A stretch of DNA of 64,000 nucleotides from Octopus sinensis (Eukaryota): contig NC_042997.1 of assembly GCF_006345805.1 (NCBI RefSeq), positions 26,412,001-26,476,000 of the forward strand. The letters are read 5' to 3'. A program made the position numbers and the translations under genes. Position 1 is the first letter of the stretch. Each line of letters begins with the position of its first letter. The notes under the pieces were generated by a model. That model saw only the letters and a program-made list of their open reading frames with translations, was not told the origin of the DNA and did not search any database. This document shows positions 29,545 to 41,891 of this stretch, one piece after another.

Positions 29545-31700
29545 ATTAGATCAGTGACTGGTTGTTACTTTGAATATTATATATATTTTCGAGCAGGTAT
29601 TTAGCAGCGCCATCTGTGGCCGAGCAGTTATTCTGTGCCGAAGAAAAGAAATAACGCAGAAACCGCTGTCCACAGACATTGCTCTGTGCTGATTGGGGAT
29701 GCAAAACTTTCCTGTTCGAAAATATAAGGACACACATAGTGAGTCGTATAATCAGCTGGTGACGATGTTTCCTGGTACTAAACTCCACGCAGTCTTCTAC
29801 TGATATTAACCATCTTCCACCTTCTTTTCTAGGTAAGTATAATCTTGCTACTCTTACTCTTTGGTGGAGTCCTCCAACAATATTGAATTCCTTCCTAATT
29901 CTTCTGTCTAGCTTTGCTAATTCAGTTTCTGCTCAATCTACAAAAGCTGCTGAATATCTAAGTAATGATACTGCCCAAGTATTTACAGCCTTCACTAGAT
30001 TCGGACCATTTAACTTTGACTTCATTAGCTTCCTCACCCTTCTCATGTATTCCTTCTCAATTTTCGTTTTAAATTCTGTAGTTAGTACACTGTCAGATTC
30101 TAATACTCCTACATACTTATAACTCTTGCCTTCGTTCAATGATTTCAATGTCTAGCCTTTTGGTTATTGGATTCCTTCACTGTTGACTACCTGTCTCCTT
30201 TTCATGACTAATATTGCACATTTGTCTCTGCCGAATCCATGCCTGTATCTTTGCTGATGAGGCTTACAGTCTGTATTAAGGAATCTATCTCTTTTTCATT
30301 CTTAATAAAAAGCTTCAGAACATCCATATAAAGCAAATGGTTAATTTATCCATTACTATTTCTGAACTGATTCTCTGCTTTTACCGTCCTTAATACTAAA
30401 GGTGGATCGAACACAAGAAAAATATTAAACGGGATAACGAGTCTCCTTGGAAAATTCCTCTCTTGACATTAACTTTCCCTAAGACTGTGTCAATTGAGCT
30501 GAGTTCTACTTTCCATATCTTCATGTTAACTCTAATTAATGCTTTTATGTTATCTGCTATACTAAATATACTCAAACATTCACTTATTCATGTGCGTAGG
30601 ATCATGTCATAGGCTTTCCAATAATCTATCCATGTTATTGTTAAATTTTACTTGTTAGATTTTACTTCATTTAGAACTGCTTTGTCTATGTATAATAGAT
30701 CATGCATTCCTCTAGCCCTCTTCCTTCAAACTTTCTGTTCTGGCAGCAAATTCTGACTGTCAAAGTACTCATAAATGCTTTCCAAAGCATTCCTGTGAGC
30801 AGCTTCTACACTAATGGTAAACAAGTGATTGATCTATAATTGTTAGCTGCATTACTCTTGTTTTTGTCTGTCATAAGGTGTACTGTTCTCCCTCAAGTCT
30901 TCCAGTCTGGTATTGTTCCTCCATTAAAGTAATCCTGAAGTTTTCCCTCTGTCTCCCATTTAAACTACTAAATTTCTTTAACGAGTACCCTTCAACTGAA
31001 TCTGGTCATGGACCCTTCCAATTCGGAATTTTCCCTAACACTTTACTCATTAATGCACTAGTTAGCCTTATATTTGGCTGCTTCTCGCTCACTACGTCTT
31101 CCCTCACCACTTTCATTAACCATACTGCATCGCCATTATGATTGACTGGCTTATCTCAAATATTACTCCAGAACTTTCTAGCTTCTTGTGCATTCGGTTA
31201 CTCGTCTCCAATACTTTCTTCTCTATTGTATATTTGGTTATAAAATCTCCTTTGGTCTGCCTCAAATAATTCATTCTATTGATACTGCTCTATGTCCTTT
31301 TGGCTACGTATATTTTCTCAAGAGAAGATTTAAATCTTGTGTTTCCTAACTTGTTCAATTTCCAAGCTTCTATTCTACTTAGGTCTTGTCTTAAAATCTT
31401 CACCTTAATTTGTAGTCTCCTTTTCCACATTTGCTATTTGCGGAATATCTAATCTTCTAGTAACTACCACCATCCCTGCATAGATCCCTAATTTAGTGTC
31501 ATTTGTATTTTTTATATCTCTCCTACTTATAACAGATTCTACTTTCCTAGTCATACCTAGCAACTTCCTTCTGTTGGTACTTTTTAATGCAGGCAATCTC
31601 TTTTTTTACTTTACTCATTACTTCTTACAACTCATCTAAAATCTTCTAATCTTTCTCACTTAAATCACTTAAATTGCTGGGCCATTGTGCCTCCACAAAT
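29545..31700 (-). pseudogene. Heavily decayed RLE-type LINE of a second lineage
   Basis: SYKYVGVLE..KEYMRRVRKLMKSKLNGPNLVKAVNTWAVSLLRYS (29933-30148), GPDSVEG and WKAYDMI-like RT segments, N-terminal-like region 31405-31596; many frameshifts. Confidence 0.8.
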
Positions 31701-32247
31701 GTAGGTATACAGTTGCTTAATATGATTTGAATCTTTTTATTTCACTATTTCTTTTTTTAAAGTAAGAATGGAAAGAATTTATGTTTATGAACTGTTTTCC
31801 AGTCATATTACGTAAATGTATTTCCACTTTCTTTCACCACTGTATATCTACAATTGCCTTATTGAATGTGGCTTTCACATATTTTTAAAGATTGAGGGTG
31901 TGATTTGAAAATTTGTCTATTATCGTTAACAGGTTGCACACATTATAGAGCACGAGTTTGGGTATCATTATTTTTAAACGGGGCAAAATGTAAGGCAATC
32001 ATAAGCAGGAATGCATCTGTATTGAAAAAACACATTCTCATTAATTTTTTTTAGAAAATATAACATTTTAGTTAAAAATCTTATAATGCATTATTTATTT
32101 AGATATTAATGCTGTAAATATTCATAGTAAATGATCAAAGTTATCTGTATTCGTATTAAATAACTGCTTTTGAGTGTCATCTGTCATTTTATATTAATTT
32201 ATACATACAGAAAACGCCACATTCAAACATATATATGTATGTATGTG

Positions 32248-32591
32248 TGGAAGCACTCCGTCGGTTACGACGATGAAATTAACGTGTAAGTGGCTGAGCA
32301 CTGCACAGACACGTGTACCCTTAACGTAGTTCTCGGGGATATTCAGCGTGACACAGAGAGTGACAAGGCCGGCCCTTTGAAATACAGGTACAACAGAAAC
32401 AGGAAATAAGAGTGAGAGAAAGTTATGGTGAAAGAGTACAGCAGGGATCACCACCATCCCCTGCCGGAGCCTCGTGGAGCTTTTAGGTGTTTTCGCTCAA
32501 TAAACACTCACAACGCCCGGTCTGGGAATCGAAACCGCGATCCAACGACCGCGAGCCCGCTGCCCTAACCACTGGGCTATTGCGCCTCCAC
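32248..32591 (-). mobile_element. SINE family C, tail type 1 (small internal deletion)
   Basis: Reverse complement of 4792-5184. Confidence 0.9.
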
Positions 32592-32604
32592 GTATGTATG
32601 TATG

Positions 32605-32638
<34 letters not shown>

Positions 32639-32790
32639 TATGAAGCTCGTTAACGAGTAGTTAGAATTTTAAACGCAGTTAAGATTTTGCGTCAGCCGGC
32701 CCGAGGATATTCCTGTATATAAAGAAGTGAGCTGGTTCGTTGGAAACATTTTACTTGGCTCACTCGGTGTATTATTAATCATTATTTCAG

Positions 32791-32845
32791 ACAAAATACC
32801 TTATTCGATTCCAGACGTTTTTCCAGACGTTCTAAAGTTCGTTAT
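32791..32845 (+). CDS. Candidate 55-nt micro-exon
   Basis: Acceptor attattaatcattatttcag, donor gtaaag; two open frames (KIPYSIPDVFPDVLKFV or QNTLFDSRRFSRRSKVRY). Confidence 0.15.
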
Positions 32846-33066
32846 GTAAAGTAACTGAAGACAGTTAAACTGTCAGCACATCAATAACAGCGATATACGT
32901 TTTGATATTTGAGCAGAGGCGGCGTTGGGCTGTATACACATGTAAGAAACATATGCCCAAACACGCACCCCACAAGACACCCCCACACGCACTCACACTC
33001 AGACACACACACACGCACTCAGACACACACAACCTCTACACAGATATATGCAAGCGTGTATGTATG

Positions 33067-33097
<31 letters not shown>

Positions 33098-33132
33098 TCA
33101 TATATATATATATATTCATATATATATATATA

Positions 33133-33188
<56 letters not shown>

Positions 33189-33194
33189 ATATAT

Positions 33195-33308
33195 GCGGCT
33201 GTATGGTAAGAAGAAACTTGTTTCCCAGCCACCTGGATCTGGGTTCAGTCCCGCTGTGTGGCACCTTGTAAGTGAATTTAACAGGCAGAAACTGAAAGTA
33301 GACCGTCG

Positions 33309-33345
<37 letters not shown>

Positions 33346-33480
33346 CTTTGTGCTTGTGTTTATCGCCCCACCCCTCCGCCGCGCTAAACAACGGTGCTGG
33401 TGTGTTTGGGTACACGTAGATCGATATAATAAGCATCGGGCTTTTCATAATAAGTTCTTGGATTGATCCATTCAACTGAT
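33195..33480 (+). mobile_element. Degenerate SINE family B
   Basis: gcggctgtatggtaagaag...gggttcagtcccgctgtgtggcacc with internal (TA)n(TG)n. Confidence 0.75.
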
Positions 33481-33501
33481 ATTGAATGTATATAATACTA
33501 T

Positions 33502-33554
<53 letters not shown>

Positions 33555-33703
33555 AGATGTATGTATGTATATGTATAATCATATTTTTGGATTGCTATGT
33601 GTATACATACATACATGCATGCATGCATACATACATACATACATGCATACATACATACATACATACATATATACATACATACATACATACATACATACAT
33701 ACA

Positions 33704-33734
<31 letters not shown>

Positions 33735-33789
33735 CACTTTTGTCTTGCTTGCCACCCACGCTTCAAGCCAACTTGATCCCCCTCCGGTC

Positions 33790-33960
33790 ATTTCAGCATG
33801 CCTTGACCGTTTAATTTAGATATCTATACTTCCTGAAGAGCGTAGGCAGGAAACATCAAAGACACCTTCCATTTTCCTTGAGCGTAAAACTTATGCATCC
33901 TCTTTGTTGCTCTTCTATCTTGTCTTTGTGCTATTCTCATTTTGGCCCTTCTATCTCTCT
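33790..33960 (+). mobile_element. Degenerate solo pLTR-like element
   Basis: cctgaagagcgtaggcaggaaacatcaaagac resembles the 28067-28102 motif. Confidence 0.5.
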
Positions 33961-33961
33961 C

Positions 33962-33998
<37 letters not shown>

Positions 33999-34001
33999 AT
34001 A

Positions 34002-34034
<33 letters not shown>

Positions 34035-34039
34035 GTCTG

Positions 34040-34110
<71 letters not shown>

Positions 34111-35029
34111 GTCTGTCTGTCTATTAGTTAGTCTGTCTATTAATCGATTGTGTCCGCGCGCCCACGTGTGAGTTAAAAAAACACTATGTATGATTCATAA
34201 TTAATGTGCAATGATCATTTCTACTGCATACTTAAGTCATTAAGGAAAGAAATCAAAACGATAAACACATGCGCCTGCCTGCTTAGTAGCAATTCGTAGG
34301 ATTCGTAGGAGCTTCGTGCGTAAAGAAATGTTAGAATGTCCATATTTATGTGCATATGTATAAGTAAGTGTATATGTTTCAGTAAGTAATACCGATTAAA
34401 ATATAAAATTTTATTCACAGATAATATTCTAGTCTAGTCTAGTCTCTGCGAAATATTGTAAAATAGAGCTAGACACCACAAAATCGGGGATTATAGATTT
34501 ATTTGTAAATAATATTACCAGCAGCATCTCTATTGTGTTTTCAAGACTTCTAGGAAGAATCACACTGTCTACGAACTTTGAGGGAAGTGAAGGTGGGGTT
34601 GGGGAATTTGTTGATGGAATCAATGATCTGGTAATCTCAGAATGCATTTGATTGCATTAATTTACAATGGAGTCTTAGAAACATAATTTCATTTAGCAAC
34701 AAAGTGAAACCAATGAGTAAAACAATCCAAATAGAGGAAGCCTTGAAGTGATTGCTTGATCTTCCATAAATAGCAGCCAAATCTTTCGCAAATCCCACAG
34801 TACTCTCTTTAAACTGAAGTGGGATACAATTATGGTGTATTATTTAAACTGAGAGGGAATACAACAATGTGTCATGTACACACTCTCTCTGCCTTCATTC
34901 TCTCTCTTCCCATTCTCTCTGCCGTTCTTTCTCTCACTCATTCTCTCTCCCTCTTTCTTTATTTCTTACTTTCTTTCTCCCTTTCTCTCTCTTTCTCTCT
35001 CTCTCTTCATGTTTTTCTTTTTATTTATG

Positions 35030-35335
35030 CGCCCTTTTCATGCCTAGCCAGGCTCATGGGCCCGGTTTCCCGGTTTCTGTGTCGTATGTGTTCCCCCCAG
35101 CTGGGCGGGATGCCAGTTCATTGCAGCGTTACTCAAGAAACAGGAAGAGAGAGTGAGAGAAAGTTGGGGCGAAGGAGTATAACAGGGGTCGCCACCACCT
35201 CCTGCTGCTGGAGCCTCATGGAGCTTTTAGGTGTTTTCGCTCAATAAACACACACAACGCCCGGTCTGGGAATCGAAACCGCGAACCTCCGACCGCGAGT
35301 CCGCTGCCCTAACTACTGGGCCATTACGCTTCCAC
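35030..35335 (-). mobile_element. SINE family C, tail type 2
   Basis: Family C head in reverse complement; tail matches that of 26665-26938. Confidence 0.85.
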
Positions 35336-36089
35336 CTCTCTTCATGTACCATATCTCTTCTACAGGTGTCAGTGATAATGTACTTCGATGTTAAATCCTA
35401 AGGATCCATGATTTTTCGTGGGGAAGCTGCAGCAATGTTTTACCGTTGCTTTTTGCCGACTACTTCACAACGTACTCTGCATGTTTCTAGCTCTCTGGAT
35501 CCCATTCTTAAGGAATAAGGCCTACTTAATGCACAGATAGGAAGGATGAGTTACATAATATGAAGGGATTTCCACGCACCAGTAGGCTTGTGTGACATGC
35601 TATGACGCCAGTTCTTCTCCGAGTCCTCTGTATTTTAACCACAGTACCATCTCTTTTCCTCTTTGACCCATACCGAGGACCCTTAACAAGTACCACCCCT
35701 ATCTCCTCATGAACCAGAATAGGGCGAACCTGGTAGTAGTTGTGCTCAAGGTCTAACCCTATACTCACCCAGATCGTCTTGGCTTCTCCAGTTGGAGCTC
35801 CCCACCGGATGCATTTTCCGTTTTCGCTCGATATCAAAGTATATAATATCTTGAATAACGAACAAGTCTCAATGGTTTACATCTGGAACACTGCTGATTG
35901 TAGGTCTGCGAAATCGGTGCTGATCATGGATAGAACCACATGGACAATGCCACAGTAAAAATTTTGATTTATATCACATAAAATAACTTAATTACAATGT
36001 ACACGTCTTAAACCATGCAGCTATGGTTTAAGCTGTGTGGATAGTGCATCACTAACACAACTAAGTGTATACTGCAGATTGGCATCCTT

Positions 36090-36475
36090 TTTGTCTCGGG
36101 AGACAATGGAGTTGCGCATAAAGTAGTCTAGTCCGGATTTTACATTTCATGTCCTCATACATTTCCTGCTGTGGCTGTGTAGTCCTATCCTGGACAAACA
36201 CTCCCTCTGGCAGGTACCACAAATGTAGCGAATACTGTTCCTGGCTGGTTGTAATGCCATAGTTTCTTGTTGACGTCTTTTCTTGTCTTTCCATTTCTCC
36301 TCTCTCTGTCACTCCTTTGTATTCCCTCTCTTACGGTACGTCGCCAGTCTCCACGGTTGCCGGCAACTGCCTCCCAACCGCTAATATTGATGTTGCAGTC
36401 CTTCATGTCCCTTTTGCAAACATCCTTGTAACGTAAGATCGGTCTACCCACAGACCTAGTACCCCTGCAGATACC
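36090..36475 (-). mobile_element. RTE-clade LINE 3' fragment
   Basis: GTRSVGRPILRYKDVCKRDMK..WEAVAGNRGDWRRTVREG; after a frameshift ICGTCQRECLSRIGLHSH (C2H2-like end typical of RTE ORF2). Confidence 0.85.
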
Positions 36476-37123
36476 AAATATTAAACAATAAAACTTGAGC
36501 TTTACTGTCGAAGGCACGATGCAAGAAGACAATATAATAAAATCAGTATATATTTATATAATATGTAGAAGATTGCATTTTCTTTTGCTTAGCTAGAAAA
36601 TACTGCAGCAGTATTATAATCAACTACGCACAGTTAATAATAACTACTACTGTCGAATGTTTGCTTATTGCTCTCGTTCGATGCACACATTTAGGTACAT
36701 TTTTTTCTCTGTCCATTCTGCGGCGACTAGAACAGTTACAGACAATACACGACAACAGCCCACCCGGCCATGTGTGGCATCAAATTCAATGAATTGATCT
36801 CGTTAAATATGCCATGCCGCAGCTTCTAGAGATAGAGCGATTATTTCCCTACCAACTTTACTGTCAGAGTACGTACGTGGTTCTAAGAATAAAGTAAACA
36901 TCTGATGTCGCTTTCAGGTTAAGAACATCACGTGACATAAGTTCACCAATAAAAGCTTAGCATCTAGAACCCGTCTTGAATTTATGTCATGCCCTAACTA
37001 TTCTTAAGATACCTGACATACATGTATGAATTATATATACGAGAGGTATACAGAACGTGTAATATGTGCATAACTACACGTGCGCATTTGTAAATTTATG
37101 CGTATTAATATATATAAATATAT

Positions 37124-38220
37124 ATATGCGAATATAAACAAAAAGGGTAGTAATATAGATTGCTACCAGTGGCCCAGCACAAAAGACGAATTAGTCATTA
37201 GACAAAATATTATTCATATAGAAAAATATTATTCATGTAGAAATACAATTTAGGGCTCCTAGATAAGGATGCCAAGTGCTGGGAACACAAAAAGGAGATA
37301 AATTTATCGAGAGTGAAAATCAAAAACATTTACCGATAACTTTACATCTCGGACTAATATCAGTCTCTACCTCTTTCTAGCAAAACACAGAATATGTTTG
37401 CTAAGGCTGGTTTCATCAGCGAGACGCCTAAATTGAATCGAGATTCGCAGCGCGTCAGACCATGTGTTGATCTCAACAACTAGCAGATCTTAACTTTTCA
37501 AATCTCTGGGCAGACGCAAAATATACCCGGCGATATAGGGCATGCCGGGAAAAAAAATTTACGAATAAATCCATCAAGTAATATGCGAATATAAACAAAA
37601 AGGGTAGTAATATAGATTGCTACCAGTGGCCCAGCACAAAAGACGAATTAGTCATTAGACAAAATATTATTCATATAGAAAAATATTATTCATGTAGAAA
37701 TACAATTTAGGGCTCCTAGATGAGGATGCCAAGTGCTGGGAACACAAAAAGGAGATAAATTTATCGAGAGTGAAAATCAAAAACATTTACCGATAACTTT
37801 ACATCTCGGACTAATATCAGTCTCTACCTCTTTCTAGCAAAACACAGAATATGTTTGCTAAGGCTGGTTTCATCAGCGAGACGCCTAAATTGAATCGAGA
37901 TTCGCAGCGCGTCAGACCATGTGTTGATCTCAACAACTAGCAGATCTTAACTTTTCAAATCTCTGGGCAGACGCAAAATATACCCGGCGATATAGGGCAT
38001 GCCGGGAAAAAAAATTTACGAATAAATCCATCAAGTAATATGCGAATATAAACAAAAAGGGTAGTAATATAGATTGCTACCAGTGGCCCAGCACAAAAGA
38101 CGAATTAGTCATTAGACAAAATATTATTCATATAGAAAAATATTATTCATGTAGAAATACAATTAAGGGCTCCTAGATGAGGATGCCAAGTGCTGGGAAC
38201 ACAAAAAGGAGATAAATTTA
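37124..38220. repeat. 457-bp tandem repeat, ~2.4 near-identical copies
   Basis: Unit starts atatgcgaatataaac at 37124, 37581 and 38038. Confidence 0.95.
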
Positions 38221-38518
38221 AATATAATAAATATATATATGTATATATGTATTTTTCCATATATAGATATGTCTGTCTTTGTATTTGTGTATGTGTGTGC
38301 GCACGCACGCACTGGGATGCGTATTGCACGTGTGTCAGTCTTTACCCGTATACAATTTCAAAACTGCATCCGGTGGGCAAACTCCTGGTTCAGGAGAATT
38401 TTGAACATTGTGGGCTTACCTTCTCGCCACTGTTGTTCTCTGTTCAACTCTGACCCGGTTTAGTAACACCATGACTGTATCTCAAACACTGTATCTCAAA
38501 CACTGTATCTCAAAAAGA

Positions 38519-38750
38519 GGCGGCGAGCTGGCAGAATCGTTAGCACGCCGGGCGAAATGCGTAGCCGTATTTCGTCTGCCGTTACGTTCTAAGTTCAAAT
38601 TCCGCCGAGGTCGACTTTGCCTTTCATCCTTTCGGGGTCGATAAATTAAGTACTAGTTACGCACTGGGGTCGATATAATCGACTTAATCCGTCTATCTGT
38701 CCTTGTTTGTCCCCTCTGTGTTTAGCCCCTTGTGGATAATAAAGAAATAT
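38519..38750 (+). mobile_element. SINE family A monomer
   Basis: Full head and tail; flanked by tgtatctcaaa (TSD-like). Confidence 0.92.
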
Positions 38751-38884
38751 GTATCTCAAACACTGAAGGAAGTAAAAAAGATTAAAGTTACATACGTTGA
38801 ATTATATCTATCTTTGCTTATATTTTACTTCTTTCAGTTATCGGCATGCAGGAATGGTGGGGCACCGCCTTGACGGGTTTAGTC

Positions 38885-39825
38885 TAGGGATGGGGGAAAC
38901 CTTTTAGTGCGGCGGGCAAAAATTTCCAAAGAAAAAGGTCCTCGGGTGGATCATGAGTTCTAACTCCTATAACTTATTTCTTTACTGCCCACAAGGGGCT
39001 ACACACAGAGGGGACAAACAAGGACAGACAAACGAATTAAGTTGATTATATAGACCCCAGTGCATAACTGGTACTTATTTAATCGACGCCGAAAGGATGA
39101 AAGGCAAAGTCGGCCTCGGCGGAATTTTAACTCAGAACGTATCAGCAGACGAAATACCTATTTCTTTACTACCCACAAGGGGCTAAACACAGAGAGGACA
39201 AACAAGGACAGACAACCGGATTAAGTCGATTATATCGACCCCAGTGCGTAACTGGTACTTAATTTAATCGACCCCGAAAGGATGAAAGGCAAAGTCGACC
39301 TCGGTGGAATTTGAACTCAGAACGTAACGGCAGACGAAATTCCGCTAAGCATTTCGCCCGGCGTGCTAACGTTTCTACCAGCTCGCCGCCTTTCTAACTC
39401 TTATATCTGTGTAAATCTTGTATATATCTATATATAATTCGACATACAATAATAAAAAGAAGTTTAACATAATAAATTAATGCATAACATCTTCATTAAC
39501 TCCGCCACTGAATTTAGGACGTTTGCATTACAAATGAGGTATTCTATATTTTTCAGCTAATGTATTTGGGTCTCAAAAGGGTGGTACAAACCTAGTAATA
39601 TGTTTTATAGTAAAAGCAAAATTTCCATTCAAATAGCAATTACCGGACGATTAAGTCATAGTAGAAACGCGACCTATGGCGAAAATAGGCATACGAATAT
39701 TGCATAAATTTTATAATTAAAAAATTTACTATATTTTCTACGTAAGAGTATACCAGCCTGCGGACGCAATAAAATAGACTCGCGGGTGCAATTGTGCCTC
39801 CGGGCGGGGTTTTTCCCCATCCGTG
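38885..39825. mobile_element. Non-autonomous hAT DNA transposon
   Basis: Perfect 8-bp TSD GTTTAGTC (38877-38884, 39826-39833); imperfect TIRs tagggatggggg / ccccatccgtg; GC-rich cgcggg subterminal motifs. Confidence 0.85.
38972..39391 (-). mobile_element. SINE family A dimer inserted in the hAT
   Basis: Junction gaaatacctatttc near 39150; TSD ttctaactcctata / ttctaactcttata. Confidence 0.9.
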
Positions 39826-40184
39826 GTTTAGTCGAGCGATTCACCCGACTAGTTATTATTATTATAAGCTAGGTAATTATTTTCTCGTCTTTTTGCTGAA
39901 CTGATAGAGACGTAAACAAACCAATATCGATTGTCAAGCAGTATTGGGGGACCAACGTAAACATTCAGGAACATACGCGCACACACACTCACACACATAC
40001 ATATATACAACGGGCTTCTTTCAGTTTCCGTCTAGTCTACCAAATACTCTCACAAGGCTTGGGTCGGTCAGGCTCTATAAAAGAAGACACTTTGACTGAA
40101 CCGAAGATCCAATGTATGGAAAGCAAGCTTCTCACCACATAGACAGGCCTCCGCCTATAGGTACATACTAGTATAATATATATT

Positions 40185-40410
40185 TCTTTACTACCCACAA
40201 GGGGCTAAACACAGAGGGGACAAACAAGGACAGACAAAGGGATTAAGTCGATTACATCGGCCCCAGTGCGAAACTGGTACTTTATTTATTGACCCCGAAA
40301 GAATGAAAGACAAAGTCGACCTCGGCGTAATTTGAACTTAGAACGTAAAGACAGACGAAATACCGCTAAGTATTTCGCCCGGCGCGCTAACGTTTCTGCC
40401 AGCTCGCCAC
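40185..40410 (-). mobile_element. SINE family A monomer
   Basis: Full reverse-complement copy. Confidence 0.9.
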
Positions 40411-40817
40411 CAAAAACAACTTGAGCTCGTTCGTCGGCGACAGGGACCACCTAGTCCTCCGGAACCATGTGGTTGGTAAGCAAGCTACTTCCCACACAGC
40501 CACTCCTGTGCCTTGTATGTATATATGTATATAGATACAAAAGGACACCTGGATATGTATATATAAATGTGGATATGCATTTTGTAACAAAAGTATATTT
40601 ATTTATACATACGTGTGTGCATGTCGTGTGATTATGCGCATGTGTGCGTATGTAAATACATATATACATATGCGAGTGTGTGTATGTGTGTGCGCGCGCA
40701 CATGTATGTATATATGTCACTTTATCACTGTATCGACCAGACTATCAAATATGGTTATTCATCACTGGTTACAATGCGCTTCTTCGTGTTGTAGCTTTCG
40801 AATGATACATACATGCA

Positions 40818-40853
<36 letters not shown>

Positions 40854-40855
40854 TA

Positions 40856-40898
<43 letters not shown>

Positions 40899-40933
40899 CA
40901 CACATTTGTATGTATCTTATACATACATAAATA

Positions 40934-41206
40934 TACAAGAGTAGGACAAAATAATGAAATCACCTTGCGTGACGGCATCATAAGTTTGAAATATCTATAA
41001 ATCCATTTATTTTGCGTTTTAATTCATTTTTTTTTACATATATATTATTAGTGTTGCTTAATATATTTTGCTAAAGTTGTTGTTTGATTAAGATTCTTTA
41101 AAACTTTCAAAGAGGTCAAATTGTTGATGCTCGTATGACAGGCGCTAGCATTACGAAAGCAGACGAAATGTTTGGTGTATCAATAAGTACTGCCTCGAAA
41201 GTAATG
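40934..41206 (+). mobile_element. Tc1-like transposon 5' fragment
   Basis: TA|caagagtaggacaaaataatgaaatcacc TIR-like end; FQRGQIVDARMTGASITKADEMFGVSISTASKVM, a Tc1 N-terminal HTH. Confidence 0.8.
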
Positions 41207-41376
41207 GCTCGGCGGGCAGGCTATCATTCAACCGAACGCCACTATGTCGTAGGGTTATTCATTTAGGGGTCAGTAGACTGGAGCCGGATGCCATGAAGGG
41301 TTTTATTTAAGAACATCACGCATCGCCGGTTTTGGAATAGAAACCACGTCCTGCGATCGTGAGTACAGCACCCTAA
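41207..41376 (-). mobile_element. Degenerate SINE family D, interrupted by the SINE-A dimer
   Basis: gaatagaaaccacgtcctgcgatcgtgagtacagcaccctaacc; head resumes and is locally duplicated at 41793-41840. Confidence 0.6.
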
Positions 41377-41792
41377 CCTATTTCTTTATTACCCGCAAGG
41401 GGCTAAACACAGAGGGAACAAACAAGGACAGACATAGGTATTAAGTCGATTATATCGACCCCAGTGCGTAACTGGTACTTAATTTATCGACCCCGAAAGG
41501 ATGAAAGGCAAAGTCGACCTCGGCGGAATTTGAACTCAGAAGGTAACGGCAGACGAAATACCTATTTCTTTATTACCCACAAGGGGCTAAACATAGAGGG
41601 GACAAACAAGGACAGACATAGGTATTAAGTCGATTACATCGACCCCAGTGCGTAACTGGTACTTAATTTATCGACCCCGAAAGGATGAAAGACAAAGTCG
41701 ACCTCGGCGGAATTTGAACTCAGAAAGTAACGGCAGACGAAATACCACTAAGCATTTCGCCCGGCGTGCTAACGTTTCTGCCAGCTCGCCGC
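41377..41792 (-). mobile_element. SINE family A dimer
   Basis: Two units joined at gaaatacctatttc (~41555). Confidence 0.92.
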
Positions 41793-41849
41793 CTAACCAC
41801 TTGACGGTGCAGCACCCTAACCACTTGACGGTGTGCGGGCATGAGTGTG

Positions 41850-41891
<42 letters not shown>

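Larger units (their letters stand above)
38820..40160 (-). mobile_element. Old SINE family B split by the hAT insertion
   Basis: SINE-B 3' part ends at 38884 and resumes at 39826; head near 40100-40160. Confidence 0.7.

Noticed and set aside
29825-29840. Strong donor TAG|gtaagt
   Set aside because: Lies in the antisense strand of the decayed LINE.
34429-34800. 72-aa minus ORF and neighbouring frames
   Set aside because: No recognisable motif or convincing splice signals.
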